This document shows positions 25,731 through 37,770 of a stretch of 64,000 bases of DNA, in pieces. The translations under genes and the position numbers were made by a program. Origin of the DNA: Epiperipatus broadwayi (taxonomy: Eukaryota > Animalia > Onychophora); NCBI GenBank assembly GCA_028023455.1, contig JAQFVV010000006.1:8494001-8558000 (forward strand). The letters are read 5' to 3'. The first letter of the stretch is position 1; every line of letters starts with the position of its first letter. Under the pieces are notes generated by a model that was not told the origin of the DNA, did no database searches, and saw nothing but the letters and a program-made list of their open reading frames with translations.

Positions 25731-27849
25731 CCAGAAGTAAAATAGTCACATTTATTATTAACTGAAAAATATTAGTAGCAAATTAACTGAATAGAACTAT
25801 TAAATATTCAAACTATACTATGATGCCCGAATATCATGACCTCCAAAGCAACACTATTCCATTACTTTATTTCGATCAAGGTGTAGATCACATACAGCTT
25901 ACTTTTTAAATTTTCTTACAAAATTGTTAAATTACAATAGGCAATATGTTTGGCAGCATATGACAAACTCCAATAGTGACCGTAAAGCAAGGGATATGCT
26001 TGCATTAAGGAATATTTATTGTCAAATAAAGTTTATTGGCATGTTACAATAGTTGTTGAATTATCAGTAAATTGAGAGTTGTTTTGCTTCAAACTATAAC
26101 TTCTCATGAATGGATACTGTTGCCCAACACTATAACTACTCATGAACGGATACTGTTGCCCACCAGTAGGAGTCTAAGTTAGCCCACAAAGATTGCGCCA
26201 CCAAAATTTCATAGGAAAAAAATTTGTTTCATTCTCAAGTTAAAATGGGAACATAATTAGATCACGTACAAACATACTTGCATATGTACATACGATATGG
26301 GTAAACCTAAAATTGCCCAAAATGGATTTTATAAGCTTTATTTCATAAAAATTCATTGAAAATTGAGTTAGTTTCAGCAGGATCACAATACTTTCCTCTG
26401 CTATAAGTACCTCATAACATTGAAAAGTAAAAACATTTTTTTTTTTTTACGTGCGGCCCGCTATCAATCTTACAGAGGCCCGTGTGGCCCGATGATCGAA
26501 TAGTTTGTTCACTCTCGTTTTAAATTAATGTCAATGTACCGACTATTAAAAAAACACTATTGATGGGCACACCCCAATGTTATTTTCCGTTTTCTAGCTG
26601 CTGATGTATATATATAATTTAAATTTCATCAAGCTAATATAAAAAAAATTTTTTTTTAATTTGAAAAAAAGTTTACATTTAAATTTCGCTGCAGAATTCA
26701 GAATTTAAATCTTTTTTAAAATAAATAAATAAATTACTATACGGTTCTATAAAAGATTTTTAAAAAAATAATAATAATTAATACTTATGTATATACAATT
26801 TATTTTTAATACACATTTTATAACTTAATCTTGCATTGATTTTTTTTTTTTTAAATGTTTGTTTATTTTGATTTATTGCGTTAACTAAATATGTATACAA
26901 TTAGGAAGATTCATCACCATGGCAACATAGTTGCTAAATGGTACTGACCGCTTTGTGTTTTTACAAATTAAAAAAGTAGGGATGACTAGAAAGGGGGTTT
27001 AAATGCATTGGTGGCATTTGTCATCATATTTAATCTTAATTAGACTGCTCCAGGGTGATCAAAGATAACCAGGTGTACCGTACTGTAAAAGTATAAGAAC
27101 AGGTGTTGTGTTGAGTAAATGGTCCTCGTTATTAACTAGAAAAAAATTACTTTTTCTTTAAACATTTTTTTAGCATGAAAATTGAATTTAATACAGTTTT
27201 AATTTTGTCTTTTTAAAAGCAAATTAAGGCAAGTTTTAGTTAACTAACCATCATGTGATCTGTCTTTTAGTAAATACAGTAATTAAACATTTACATTAAA
27301 TGGTTAATTGAATTGTTTTTGGAAACGATTTTAAACATTATCGATTTTTTAAAAAATAAAATATACCGTAAATATTTATTTAAAATATATAAAAAGGTTC
27401 AAAAATATTTACTTTTTTATCATAGTGTATCAGGCCAGGGCTGGATTCAAACCTTGTTTCACAATAGGAATCATTTGTTCAGGTTGCTAGCTTAACTGTA
27501 AACAATCGCAATAAAACTAATATCAATCAAACATCTTTGAGAATCAATCTAGGGACCTTTAGTTTTGAGGTCATCATTCTTAATGCAGGACTAAACTTTT
27601 CAGGGCAAAATGAACCTAACCGGTAACATCAGAATTCAAAAGTAGACGCAGTTTAGAAGCAGGTAATCAATCAACAAACATGTAGCTTTCTTAACACCCC
27701 TAGCACCAAGCTAAAGTTCTAAGGAACACATTTAATATTCCTTTAAAATACTTGAAGGATTTTACTGAAATGGGTAGTTCATTCAATGTTAGTAAAATTT
27801 AGAACAATTTTTTAGATAAAAATTTATATATTAAATATAGTGCTATAAG

Positions 27850-28285
27850 GTCTGCCCATCCCTCCTATATGTATGTAAATGGATTATGTCCTGTACATGA
27901 GGGATCAGAGTGACTTATGGTCAACATGGGTAGGATAAGAAGGTTGGCACCAATGTAGGCTTTGAGCGTTCCATCATCAGATTTTCAAGAGTTATGGGGT
28001 GGAGTGGATTAAAGCCCGTCATTAAAGTATGAAGATTGGCTATCTTAATATAAGCTGAGCATTGATTGTATATATGTTTAGAGATGATAATCTGGACCAA
28101 CTGACGAGTGCTGGTTTAGCACGAAATATGTATATTGGTGATTATTTATCTTTTCGACATGTGTGTAATCAAATCAAATGTGTCAGCAGTATGAAATAGT
28201 GTAGATAGTTGAGGCTCATGCGAAAGTCTGAGTTCAAACCCCCTATATATTACATATTGGAGAGCAGGTATGAACAAGCCAGTAC
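27850..28285 (+). mobile_element. Near-monomer copy of the 475-bp retrozyme-like family
   Basis: Colinear with the array unit, but starts and ends inside the array's spacer region (a permuted copy). Confidence 0.85.
28090..28145 (+). ncRNA. Canonical type I hammerhead ribozyme
   Basis: ACCAA-CTGACGA-GTGCT(GGTTT)AGCAC-GAAA-T(ATGT)A-TA-TTGGT; distal stem I ATAATC/GATTAT beyond a TGG bulge; predicted cleavage after A28134. Confidence 0.9.
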
Positions 28286-28535
28286 TGTAGAAAAAATTCA
28301 TATATTAAACAATTTTTAGATAATTACAAAATTTCAAAAAATTACTATTATTCTTTGACTGTAGTTAATTCATTGAAACCATTTACTGATCAATGGAAAA
28401 GGACATTGATTTCTTTTTTAGTTAGAAGGTAATGTTTCTGGGGCAATATCATCTTGCTGAAAATAAAAAATTGAATATGATATATCTTTGCCATTACTGA
28501 GGGAAAAGTCAAATACAAACTTGAATTGGTATGTC

Positions 28536-29273
28536 AATAATTTTTGTCATTCATTAGACTAGAAATTATCAACTTAATGAATAATATTTCTGTAGTGTAT
28601 TAAATAGTTTGTGTCAAAGTTGTGAGAGTAGTAAATTTAACGCTTGTCAATTAAACTGCAGTAATTTACCATCTATACATACTGAACAATGATAAAGATA
28701 TGGGTAAGACATTGTGATCTGAGCCAATTGATAAGTGCTGGTTCAGCACGAAATGTGCATCTTGGGGGATCATACATTTTTTCATGTCTTTGGTTATATG
28801 TTTCTGATTACACCACTCCACAAGGTGTCGAAGATGAATAAAAACCAGTCCCTACATTGTGTGAGAGTAATGTAATTAAAATTAAACTATAGAAATATTA
28901 TTCATTAAGTGGATAATCTCTAATCTAATGAATGACTAATAAAAAATTATTAATATACTTCCATCAAGTGGTTTGTGTCAAAGTTGTGAGGGTAGCAAGT
29001 TTGACACATCGATTAAACTGCAGTAATTTGCCATTCGATATATACTGAACATTGATAAAGATATATGTAAGACATTGTGATCTGGGCCAATTGTTGAGTG
29101 CTAGTTCAGCAAGAAATATGCATCTTGGGGATCATACATCTTTTTCGCATGTTTGGTCATATGTTTATGACTACATCCCTCCACAAGGTGTTAAAAGTGA
29201 ATAGAAACCAATCCCTTTGTTGTGTAAGATTGGTGTAGTGAAAATTAAACTACAGAAATATTATTCATTAAGG
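28536..29273 (+). mobile_element. Tandem dimer of a 364-bp hammerhead repeat with an inverted head segment
   Basis: GTTTGTGTCAAAGTTGTGAG at 28607 and 28971; hammerheads at 28714-28773 and 29077-29135; 28536-28596 is the reverse complement of about 28888-28955. Confidence 0.8.
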
Positions 29274-29383
29274 TGAATTGACATGATTTGCCCAGCAATG
29301 TAGTTATTATGAAACAAAGGCAATGTGTGTAGGTCTTTAGATTTTAGGGTCCCTTTTATTTTATATACATTCAACAATGTATT

Positions 29384-29978
29384 CATCATCATCAAACATT
29401 ATCAATCCACTATAGGATGAAGATCTCTCCAAGTTCAATCCATCTTCTCTGATCTTTAGCTTCTCTTCTCCACATTACCATCACACTTTCTTATTTCATC
29501 CATCCAATCTCTTTCTGGATCTGTTACAATCTCTTGGAATCCAGTTTAAAATTTCAATTGTCCATCTATTATCATTTCTTCTAGAAATATGTCCAGCCCA
29601 ACTACAGACTTTTAATTTTTTCAATGAAGTAACACCTGTTTGTTCTCTTATCCATATATATTGCATTTTCAATCTCTTCTTGTTATTCCCAACATGCATC
29701 TCTCCATACTTCTTTGAGTGGTATAAAGTCTCTATATTGCTCTTCTATTAAATGTCCAAGTCTCAGATCCATAAGTAAAAACTGGTAATGCACATTTATT
29801 AAAAACCTTCTTCTTCAAACACATAGGCATATTTCCTTTTAGTATCAAGTTATTTCTATCAAAAGCACTCCAACCAAGTTTAACTCTATGATTAATTTCA
29901 TCCATTATATTTCCATCTGTATTAATAATCTGACCAAGGTATTTGTAGCTGTTAACTTCTTCTAACTCATCATAAAAT
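29384..29978 (-). mobile_element. 5'-truncated RTE copy (3' about 590 bp)
   Basis: Aligns to RTE about 3840-4450; TGA tail; 8-bp TSD AATGTATT at 29376-29383 and 29979-29986. Confidence 0.9.
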
Positions 29979-30201
29979 AATGTATTAAGGTATTGTATAT
30001 ATTAGAAATATTAAAAATGGTTTTTTTTGAAATTTCACATAGAGACCCAAAAATTTTAGCTATGCCTCTAAGCATAACCTCGTATCAATCTAAACGAGTG
30101 AAAATAATATGGAGCGAAGACATTAAAGAATGAGCATTAAAAAACAGCTTATACAAAAAAATAGACTACCTTTGAATGATCTAATAATATATCCTATAAA
30201 G

Positions 30202-32890
30202 CCTTATTCTCAAACTGTGGTATACGTACCATTAATGGTACATTACATTATTATTAGTGGTAAAAATTTTACACAAAAGATTTAAATGAATTCACGTTAT
30301 GAAGAATGATCAGTTAGAGTAGAGTTGGCCATTTCTGACACAAGGTGCATCCTATGAAAAAGTCTTTAGCTGGTTTACTATTGCTGTTGTTGCTATTTTG
30401 TTGTTGCTAAGATTGCGAGCAAAGATTAGCAAATTTTTGTTTCTTTTTTTTTAAGAAGCATTATTTTTATCTAGTTTTTTTTTTTTTGTCTATATTTATT
30501 AATTTTTATTTGTTTGATTTTTTAAAATTTATATTTAGGACATGAATATATTTTTTTTAATGTTGACTAAATTCTTTAATATGCTTTTAATTTGCATTGT
30601 TATTTCCAACTATTAATTTTATTTATTTTATTATTATATATTTTTTTATTTTTAATCGTCTAACATGAATATAATCATTTTAATGTGTTATAAATTGTTT
30701 ACATTTTTATACATTTTATTATTTTATTTATTTACTTTTTAGGCCCAAACCTGTTATAATGGACAAATGGTTAGGAATAGAAAAATCAAAGGGCAAAACG
30801 GCTGGCAGAAGACATTGACACAGCTAATACTTGTAGTTTTAATCCCAGATCTCGCAAAGTATCCAGAAAATAAAATTATATTGCTACAAGAAAGTATAAT
30901 GAAAATTATTTGGAATATAGATTTTTTTGGAACGAGGATGAAAACAACCCCAGGCTCAAATATATTATTTATTTCGAACAATTTTCAAATCACTCAATGA
31001 AACCATAGCTTCTGCTATGTCATTTTCAAAATAAACCAGCCAGTTTAACAAGTCCACCTCTCGACTTTTTTAAATGAAAATAAACTTTAATGAAAACTAA
31101 CATATGTTCATTTCATTCTTTCACCACAACTAATGAATGTGCAGTGGAAAAATCATATTTGGTTAGTTTGAGAATTGCACATACTGCAAAACCACTTGCT
31201 ATTGTAGAATCTTTAATATTACTTGCAGCTAAAGATATTGTGATGTCCGTTCCGGGCTCTACTGTAGCCGCCAAGTTGAATGTTGTTTCTTTGTCAAATG
31301 ATACCATTTTGCAATGAATACATGAAATTGCAGCTGAAGTAAAACAAATACCATTCAAAAATATAAAATAAAACAAATATTTTGCAATTCAGTTTAATGA
31401 AAGCACAGACATAACCAATTTTGCACAGTTGATGGCTTATATTTGATTTGAAAGAGGACAAGTTATAGATGAAGAATTCTTATTGCCTGAGCCTCTTCCA
31501 AATCATAGCACAGCGGACGTGATTTTTAGGAAAATTAATGAGTTTACTACTGGTCATTAAATAAATTGGAAAAAATGTGTAGGAATGTGTTCTGATGGTG
31601 CACGTAAAATAATAAGTTGTCATGGCACTTTCACCACAATTAAAGAAGTTGCACCAGATGCAAAGTTCACACATTGCGCCATACATCGTGAAGCATTAGC
31701 TACCAAAACGATGCCCACACAACTAAAAACTGTTTTAGGTCAACCTGTGAAGATAGTGAATTTTATTAAATGTCGGATCCTTAATTCATGACTGTTTACA
31801 ATTTTGTGCAATGAAATGGATAGTAATAACAATAAGCTCCTTTCACACATTGAAGTGTGGTGGTTATCAAGTGGAACAATTTTAACTAGATTCTATGAAT
31901 TACATTCAGAGACCCAAGTATTCCCGACAAAAATCCATTGAATTCCATCATTGTTTTACTGATGAATTCTGGTTATCCCATTTAGCATATTTTCCCAATA
32001 TTTTTGGAAAACTGGATGAACTGAATTCTGGTTTGTAAAGTTCCAATCTAATTATCTTGACTGGATATGACAAAATAAATGCAGCTATGAAAAAACTAGA
32101 ATACATAATTAAGGACACGAAAAGCAAGAAAGTTGCTTCATTACCAACATCAGAAGAGTGTCTAACCTGTCACTGACTGAGCAACTAATTTAAGATATAG
32201 AAAAACACTGCATAGGACTTGTTAACAATTTTCATTCCTACTTTCCTAAATTTTAGAAAATGAATGTGGGATAAGAGATCCATTTTCTATTTCGGATAAC
32301 GTGAACAATAATGTTCCACTTCAAGAAAGAGATCGGCTTTTAGATATTTCACGTGAATGATCCTCGTGAATGAGTTCAAAAAAGATAACACAAAATTTTT
32401 GGTTAAAAAGAAGAGATGAATATAAGTATATTTCCAACAAAGTGATAAAATTTGTAATGCCTTTCAACACATCATATCTTTGCAAAACTGGATTGTCAGA
32501 CATGCTATTAATTCAAAATAAATGTAGCACATGCTTGCAACTTGCATCTGACTCATGCTTGAAATTAATGAAGATAAAGCTCCACATATCAAAACTAGTT
32601 ACAAGGACACAGAGTCATTCATCTTATTAATCCTTATCAATAATAAATTTTAGAATTTACTATTATTATTACTACGCCCTATTTACTATTTATACTTTTA
32701 TTATAATGAAAAAGTTTCTTTTATGATATAAATAAAATTGAATAATATAAATTTGAAATGTTCTATTTTTAGATTATAAACACTCCATTTAGGATGCATT
32801 CATTTTTAATCGAAAAATGCTTTTATGATTGCACATATATTTTTGATTCTTAGTTATGTAGTACAAAATTTAAAAAGTTTGAGAACCCTG
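30202..32890 (+). mobile_element. hAT transposon, Buster/Charlie type, complete but decayed
   Basis: 8-bp TSD CTATAAAG (NNNTANNN) at 30194-30201 and 32891-32898; TIR CAGGGTTCTCAAACT at the right end, degenerate CCTTATTCTCAAACT at the left. Confidence 0.88.
30759..32630 (+). pseudogene. hAT (Buster/Charlie-like) transposase pseudogene
   Basis: MDKWL start; FAIQFNESTD, MCSDGA, HCAIHREAL, VWWLS, PFNTSYLCKTG motifs; multiple stops and frameshifts. Confidence 0.88.
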
Positions 32891-32911
32891 CTATAAAGTA
32901 GAAGAAAATAC

Positions 32912-33025
32912 AAACAAGCGTTGTTAGCCGAGAGGTCAGCGCAGCCGCCTTGCAAGCACGCAGTTGGTTGCAGACGGTTATTGCGGGTTCGCTTCCCGGA
33001 CGATGCTATGACATATGGAAAAAAA
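32912..33025 (+). mobile_element. Short tRNA-derived SINE, better-preserved copy
   Basis: Acceptor stem GCGTTGT 32918-32924 / ACGATGC 33000-33006; T arm CGGG-TTCGCTT-CCCG; A tail; 7-bp AAAATAC flanks. Confidence 0.8.
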
Positions 33026-33368
33026 TACTATTTCAGATATTACTTAATAATAATTCACTGATAATCATTCACATTTAAAGTTTATTACAGACTACTGCAA
33101 ATATATTAGTAGCCCGAGTTCAATACCTAATAATAAATAATGTTACTTAAATCCCTTAATCTACCCATTATACATTATCTTTGAAAACAATAATGTAAAT
33201 AAAGTCAGCGTTTTTGTTTTTTCTTAAACCAGAAATAAAAATGAGTGTATAGACCCAATGTACCATTGAATTATTTTTGAAAATACGTATAAAAAGTAAT
33301 AATTTATACAGATTTATATTATTATTACAAGAATCATAGTACAGTCCATATTCATTAGTAAAGAATCA

Positions 33369-33421
33369 TTTAATAAATATTCAAATTTAATAAATATTCA
33401 AATTTAATAAATATTCAAATT
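33369..33421 (+). repeat. 17-bp tandem repeat x3 (TTTAATAAATATTCAAA)
   Basis: Directly visible. Confidence 0.85.
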
Positions 33422-33564
33422 TGTCCGCACAACTATTATTAACCTACTTGACTTTTCATTTTTCACCTTTTTTGTTTCAATTTTTATTTCAGGTACATTA
33501 ATCATCTCAATTGTCATGCATCTGACAAAGCATATTTGCGACTAGTCGTAAAAAAGATATAATT

Positions 33565-33715
33565 AGAGGGGATTTGAACCCAGACTTTCAAATTCCCATT
33601 AGTCATCCACACCATCTTCATGACCACATACATGTGAACAAAATAAACGATCTCCAATATATGTATTTCATGCTGAACCAGCACTCATCAATTGGTCTGG
33701 ATCATGATTTCTCAC
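33565..33715 (-). mobile_element. Fragment of the hammerhead retrozyme-like family; hammerhead at 33649-33704
   Basis: Reverse complement ACCAA-TTGATGA-GTGCT GGTTC AGCAT-GAAATACATATA-TTGGA. Confidence 0.8.
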
Positions 33716-34659
33716 ATATCCTTCCTTCTAGTTTAAGTTTTTATTTAAAGGGTCTCATTATTTTTATTTGATGTATTTATCCTTTTTAATTGTATTTGCG
33801 TACGCTTATAAATATCTAAGACCATGTGAAAGGCCTTATGTCTATGACCTGAAATTCAAATCCAGACCCAAATAAAATTCTTTTCATGAGGCTTAGGATT
33901 TTTCTGACAAACAACTAGTCCATAGGTAACCTATTCTTGATCAGTACATAAGTATCTAACTATCTTTAGTTAGGGATTTAAAAAAAAAGGTGAAAAAAAC
34001 ACTTTCCCAGTCAACAAATGGAAAGCCTGGTGAATATTGCCTTTTCTTGATCGTTCCTCTAAAGGATACTGCTATATAGATCTTTACCCTACCTTTTTAT
34101 CCAAGTCCATATGCACATATATTTAATAATATGCTAATGTCTTTAGGAAAAATGTCTTGTCAGTGTCATAAATCAGAGGCTTATAAATCAAAGACGTATA
34201 TTGTTTACTTTACTATCCCTTCTCCAGTTGTCTTGCTGAAAACAAAAAGCCTCACCATCTTTAAAAAACATCTATACTCTAGGGGCCTTTCTCTTCTACT
34301 TATGCCTTCTATGTACAAAAATTACTATTAATTTCTGATCATCATTCACTCAGCTGTGTATTCTGCTCTACAACATTCTTTTTCTCTTAATTCATTTTTT
34401 GATAAAATTCTTCATCAGAAACTATTTCAATTTAGCCAATTTTTTATCATTTCTATAAAATGTTTTTTAAAAAAGAAAACAACATTCTTCTTATTAAATG
34501 TTTTATCATCTCCCAAGTTTTCATAAAAATATAATACACTAAGACACTTAATTTGTTTTGCAATCCGAGATCATTGCTCATTTAAGTCCAAAATTTGTTG
34601 AAACATAAATATAAAATTTCAAACAGATTTTATATGTTAAAGCAAATGTATTTTATATA

Positions 34660-35140
34660 TTACAAGACTGTCCCGGCCTATGAAAAAGCCGTCGTTTTTA
34701 TAATAGTTTTTTTTAATTGGTTGCTTTAACAAATTTCAATCATGCATGGTAATACTATGGAGCCTACGAACTACACGATATCAAACGACATGATTTCAAT
34801 TATATATTAACCAAAACTGAATGTAATTATAATACTATAACATCTATTTTTTCCCCTCACTAAATAAATATCACATTTCAAGCATGATTTTATGTATTAT
34901 AATCACATTACTTTGCGATTTAAATACTAGACGTATTCAGTTCTGTAGTTAGTTAAAACACATGTACTGATATTTTTCTGAGCATTTTTCCCTTCCAAAA
35001 CCATATTTATTTAGAAGCCAGAAATGTAACCACCAACGTATGAAAAGGTCGTCGTCTTTGTAATAGTTTTTTTTAATTGGTTGCTTTAACAAATTACTTC
35101 CTTTGCATAAAATGCGTTGTAAAAAAATTACTGTTTATTA
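34660..35140 (-). repeat. Inverted relative of the 6835-7260 repeat
   Basis: Two copies of TAATAGTTTTTTTTAATTGGTTGCTTTAACAAATT about 360 bp apart. Confidence 0.45.
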
Positions 35141-35425
35141 ATGGCGGAACAAATAATAATTTTTTTCTTGGAAAAATACGCCCTCTAACAAAGAAATGTT
35201 TAATTTGAATATCACGTGACATCATTACTGACAAACATACATTCACATGAATTATATATATAGATAGATAATTAATGTTTAAATAGGCAATATTCTATAT
35301 TCTGTTTTCATAACGTTTTGTCGTCTTCAACTTGTAGACATATACTGTGAAATATCAACTCTAGGCATATGCATTTTAAAATAAATATGAACATGCCTGA
35401 AGATATTCAAGAAAAAATAAGGGTA

Positions 35426-36117
35426 CTTGTAAGTTTTCAAGTAAACCAAGATGGCAGCCCATATTTTTGGTACAGTTTTAGGGACCACCAAAAAATATTT
35501 GCAAAAAAATCACAGCTAGGAAATGTCATATTTAATAATTACATTTTATTTTTTATTATTGTTATTTTTAAAAAAGAAATCATTGTGGAAAAATTAATTA
35601 CAATATTTATAATTTCTTTTCTTTTTTTTTTTTTCTTGGATTAACTTATTATCAGAAAAATGGGGGGAAAAAATAAATAAATACAATATTTACAATTTAT
35701 TCATGTCAGTGGCATGCTATCATATCGTGACCATTAACGCAGACATTTTGGGAGGGCGGGATCCCGTATCTTTGGAAACTGCATCATATTCTGTGACAGG
35801 AAGGTCCCAAATTTTTATCATTATGCCAATTTACCAAAAAAAAAAAAAACAGCTGAAGAAAAAAGAAACATGCTGGATTGAACCAAAGTATAACAATGTT
35901 AACAGCATCTAATTGCATCCTACATTATAAGTAAAAAAATTGAAATAAAGCTTCTTAATGAAATTTATTTAAATTTATCTCCTTTTTAAATTTTAAATCG
36001 ATTCATTAATTGTTTTTATTTAACAACTAACAGATCTTTGGTAGATTATAGGCCCTTAAATCTGTACATTTATCAAAAATACTGGGTGCCATCTTGGTTT
36101 ACTTGAAAACTAACAAG
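35426..36117. mobile_element. MITE with about 35-bp TIRs and TA flanks
   Basis: CTTGT(A/T)AGTTTTCAAGTAAACCAAGATGGCA at both ends in inverted orientation. Confidence 0.65.
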
Positions 36118-36606
36118 TATCAAAATAAGCTATAATTTTATCAGCTGTGCTTAATAATATGATATGGATCAAGAAGATAATTTGAAGTGGAGAAAGATTT
36201 TTGCATTATGCATTAATTCAAAACATGATTTAATTAAGAAAAAAAATGAAATATAGATGCAAATGCTTTTAATTACAGATGCCAGCTAAGAAAGTTCATG
36301 AAAATGTTTTTCTAAATGTAAATATTAAATAATTAAAATTTTTAAAGCTGATTAAAAGAAACTCATTTATTTGTAAGCTTTCAATAATTCAAAATACCAC
36401 ATGGGACCCTAAGAGAATAAGAATACAGAAAAAAAAATGTCAGAGAAGTTTTAGTGGTTAGAAGACAGGATCATTTATGGGAAAACCTTTTATCAATTGC
36501 ATATTGTTACATTTTTATGATTTTAAATTAAATCATTTTTTCCTCTCATAAATATAATTTTGTTGTTGTTGTTTTAAGCTGAGTAATATATATACATATA
36601 TTCAAA

Positions 36607-37096
36607 ATAAGGATCATAGATCACATGACCCTATTCTTTTAAGCTTGTGAGTTATAAACAATGAGAATTGCCAATTCCTCAACAAGCTTTGTGATAAATG
36701 CTTAGCCAGAGAAAGCATTTAAAATATCCCTGTCAGGACCCTCCCCCAGCCCCTGACCATGGTTTTGTGCTTTGGCATTCCTCAGAGAGGCGCTAGAGTA
36801 GGTTCAGACACTAGATCTAAAAATACTAACCCAAAGCCAGCATTTATCTAAAAGTTATCTATTGAGTGAAAAATCTGAAATTTTCAGACACCTACATGTC
36901 TTCAAACCTAGCTATCCAACTCAAATATCTATATGGGGTTGATAGATCTTCAGCCATACCATATATTAGTTGTCTTAGCAATATAACATCACATAAGACT
37001 TAAGGCAAAGACTATAAATAGTCAAAATAAGAGTCATAGATCACATGACCCTATTCTCTTAAGCTTGTAAGTTATAAACAATGAGGATTGCCAATA
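36607..37096 (-). mobile_element. 420-bp hammerhead repeat, about 1.17 tandem units; hammerhead at 36750-36790 (G12 lost)
   Basis: About 70-bp direct repeat at 36607 and 37027; reverse complement CCTCT-CTGAGGA-ATGC CAAA GCAC-AAAAC-CATG-GTC-AGGGG; homologous to 22040-22420. Confidence 0.8.
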
Positions 37097-37494
37097 TATA
37101 TATATGTGTGTAAAAAATACTATACAGAAGACTGTAATATATTTATAAATAATAATTATCATTATACAAATACTGGATAATGAAATATTACAGAAAAAGT
37201 ACAGTATTGATGTTTTCACAAATGCAGAACTGGCAAAACTTTTAAGAATACAAAAGGCAAAACAGAAAAAAAAAAATTAATTAGTGAATTTGATCAGATG
37301 AACCTAAACTTTTAAGTGAAATAAAAACAACTAGATTGTATATATCTACAATAGAATGCTGGATTCTTAATTACTTGTTAGAGTATTTCTATCATCTAAT
37401 ATTAAGAACTGAATGTCTACAGAAAAATTTTTGAACTTTAAACTTTCCAAATACATTCAACTGCTAGTAATAGCACATGGGTTAATATTCAACA

Positions 37495-37770
37495 TAATGT
37501 TTCGAATGGTATTATCTCCTCCACTCTTCGAGTGTTGCTGGTCTGACAGAGACAGCACCAGCATGGGAATCTAACCTGGACTTTTAGATTATTGAATGTT
37601 TAAGGGAAATGCTCTAACCAATTGAGCTATTGGTTAGAGCATTATCTTAAAAAATCAATATTCAAGAATCGAAAGATTTCGGTTCAATTTCCAGGCTAGT
37701 ACTGTCATTGGTGATCCAGAAACACCTGAAAAAGAGAGGAGGATAATACCACTCGAAACGTAGCGTTAAA
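37495..37770. repeat. Inverted PLE-like hammerhead remnant enclosing a tRNA-like palindrome
   Basis: 37495-37545 is inverted relative to 37710-37765 (CTGAAAA-GAGAGG..CCACTC-GAAAC); ATGCTCTAACCAAT/ATTGGTTAGAGCAT palindrome at about 37609-37642. Confidence 0.45.

Noticed and set aside
26913-26932. RFX X-box-like ATCACCATGGCAAC
   Set aside because: A single degenerate motif with no identified gene start nearby.
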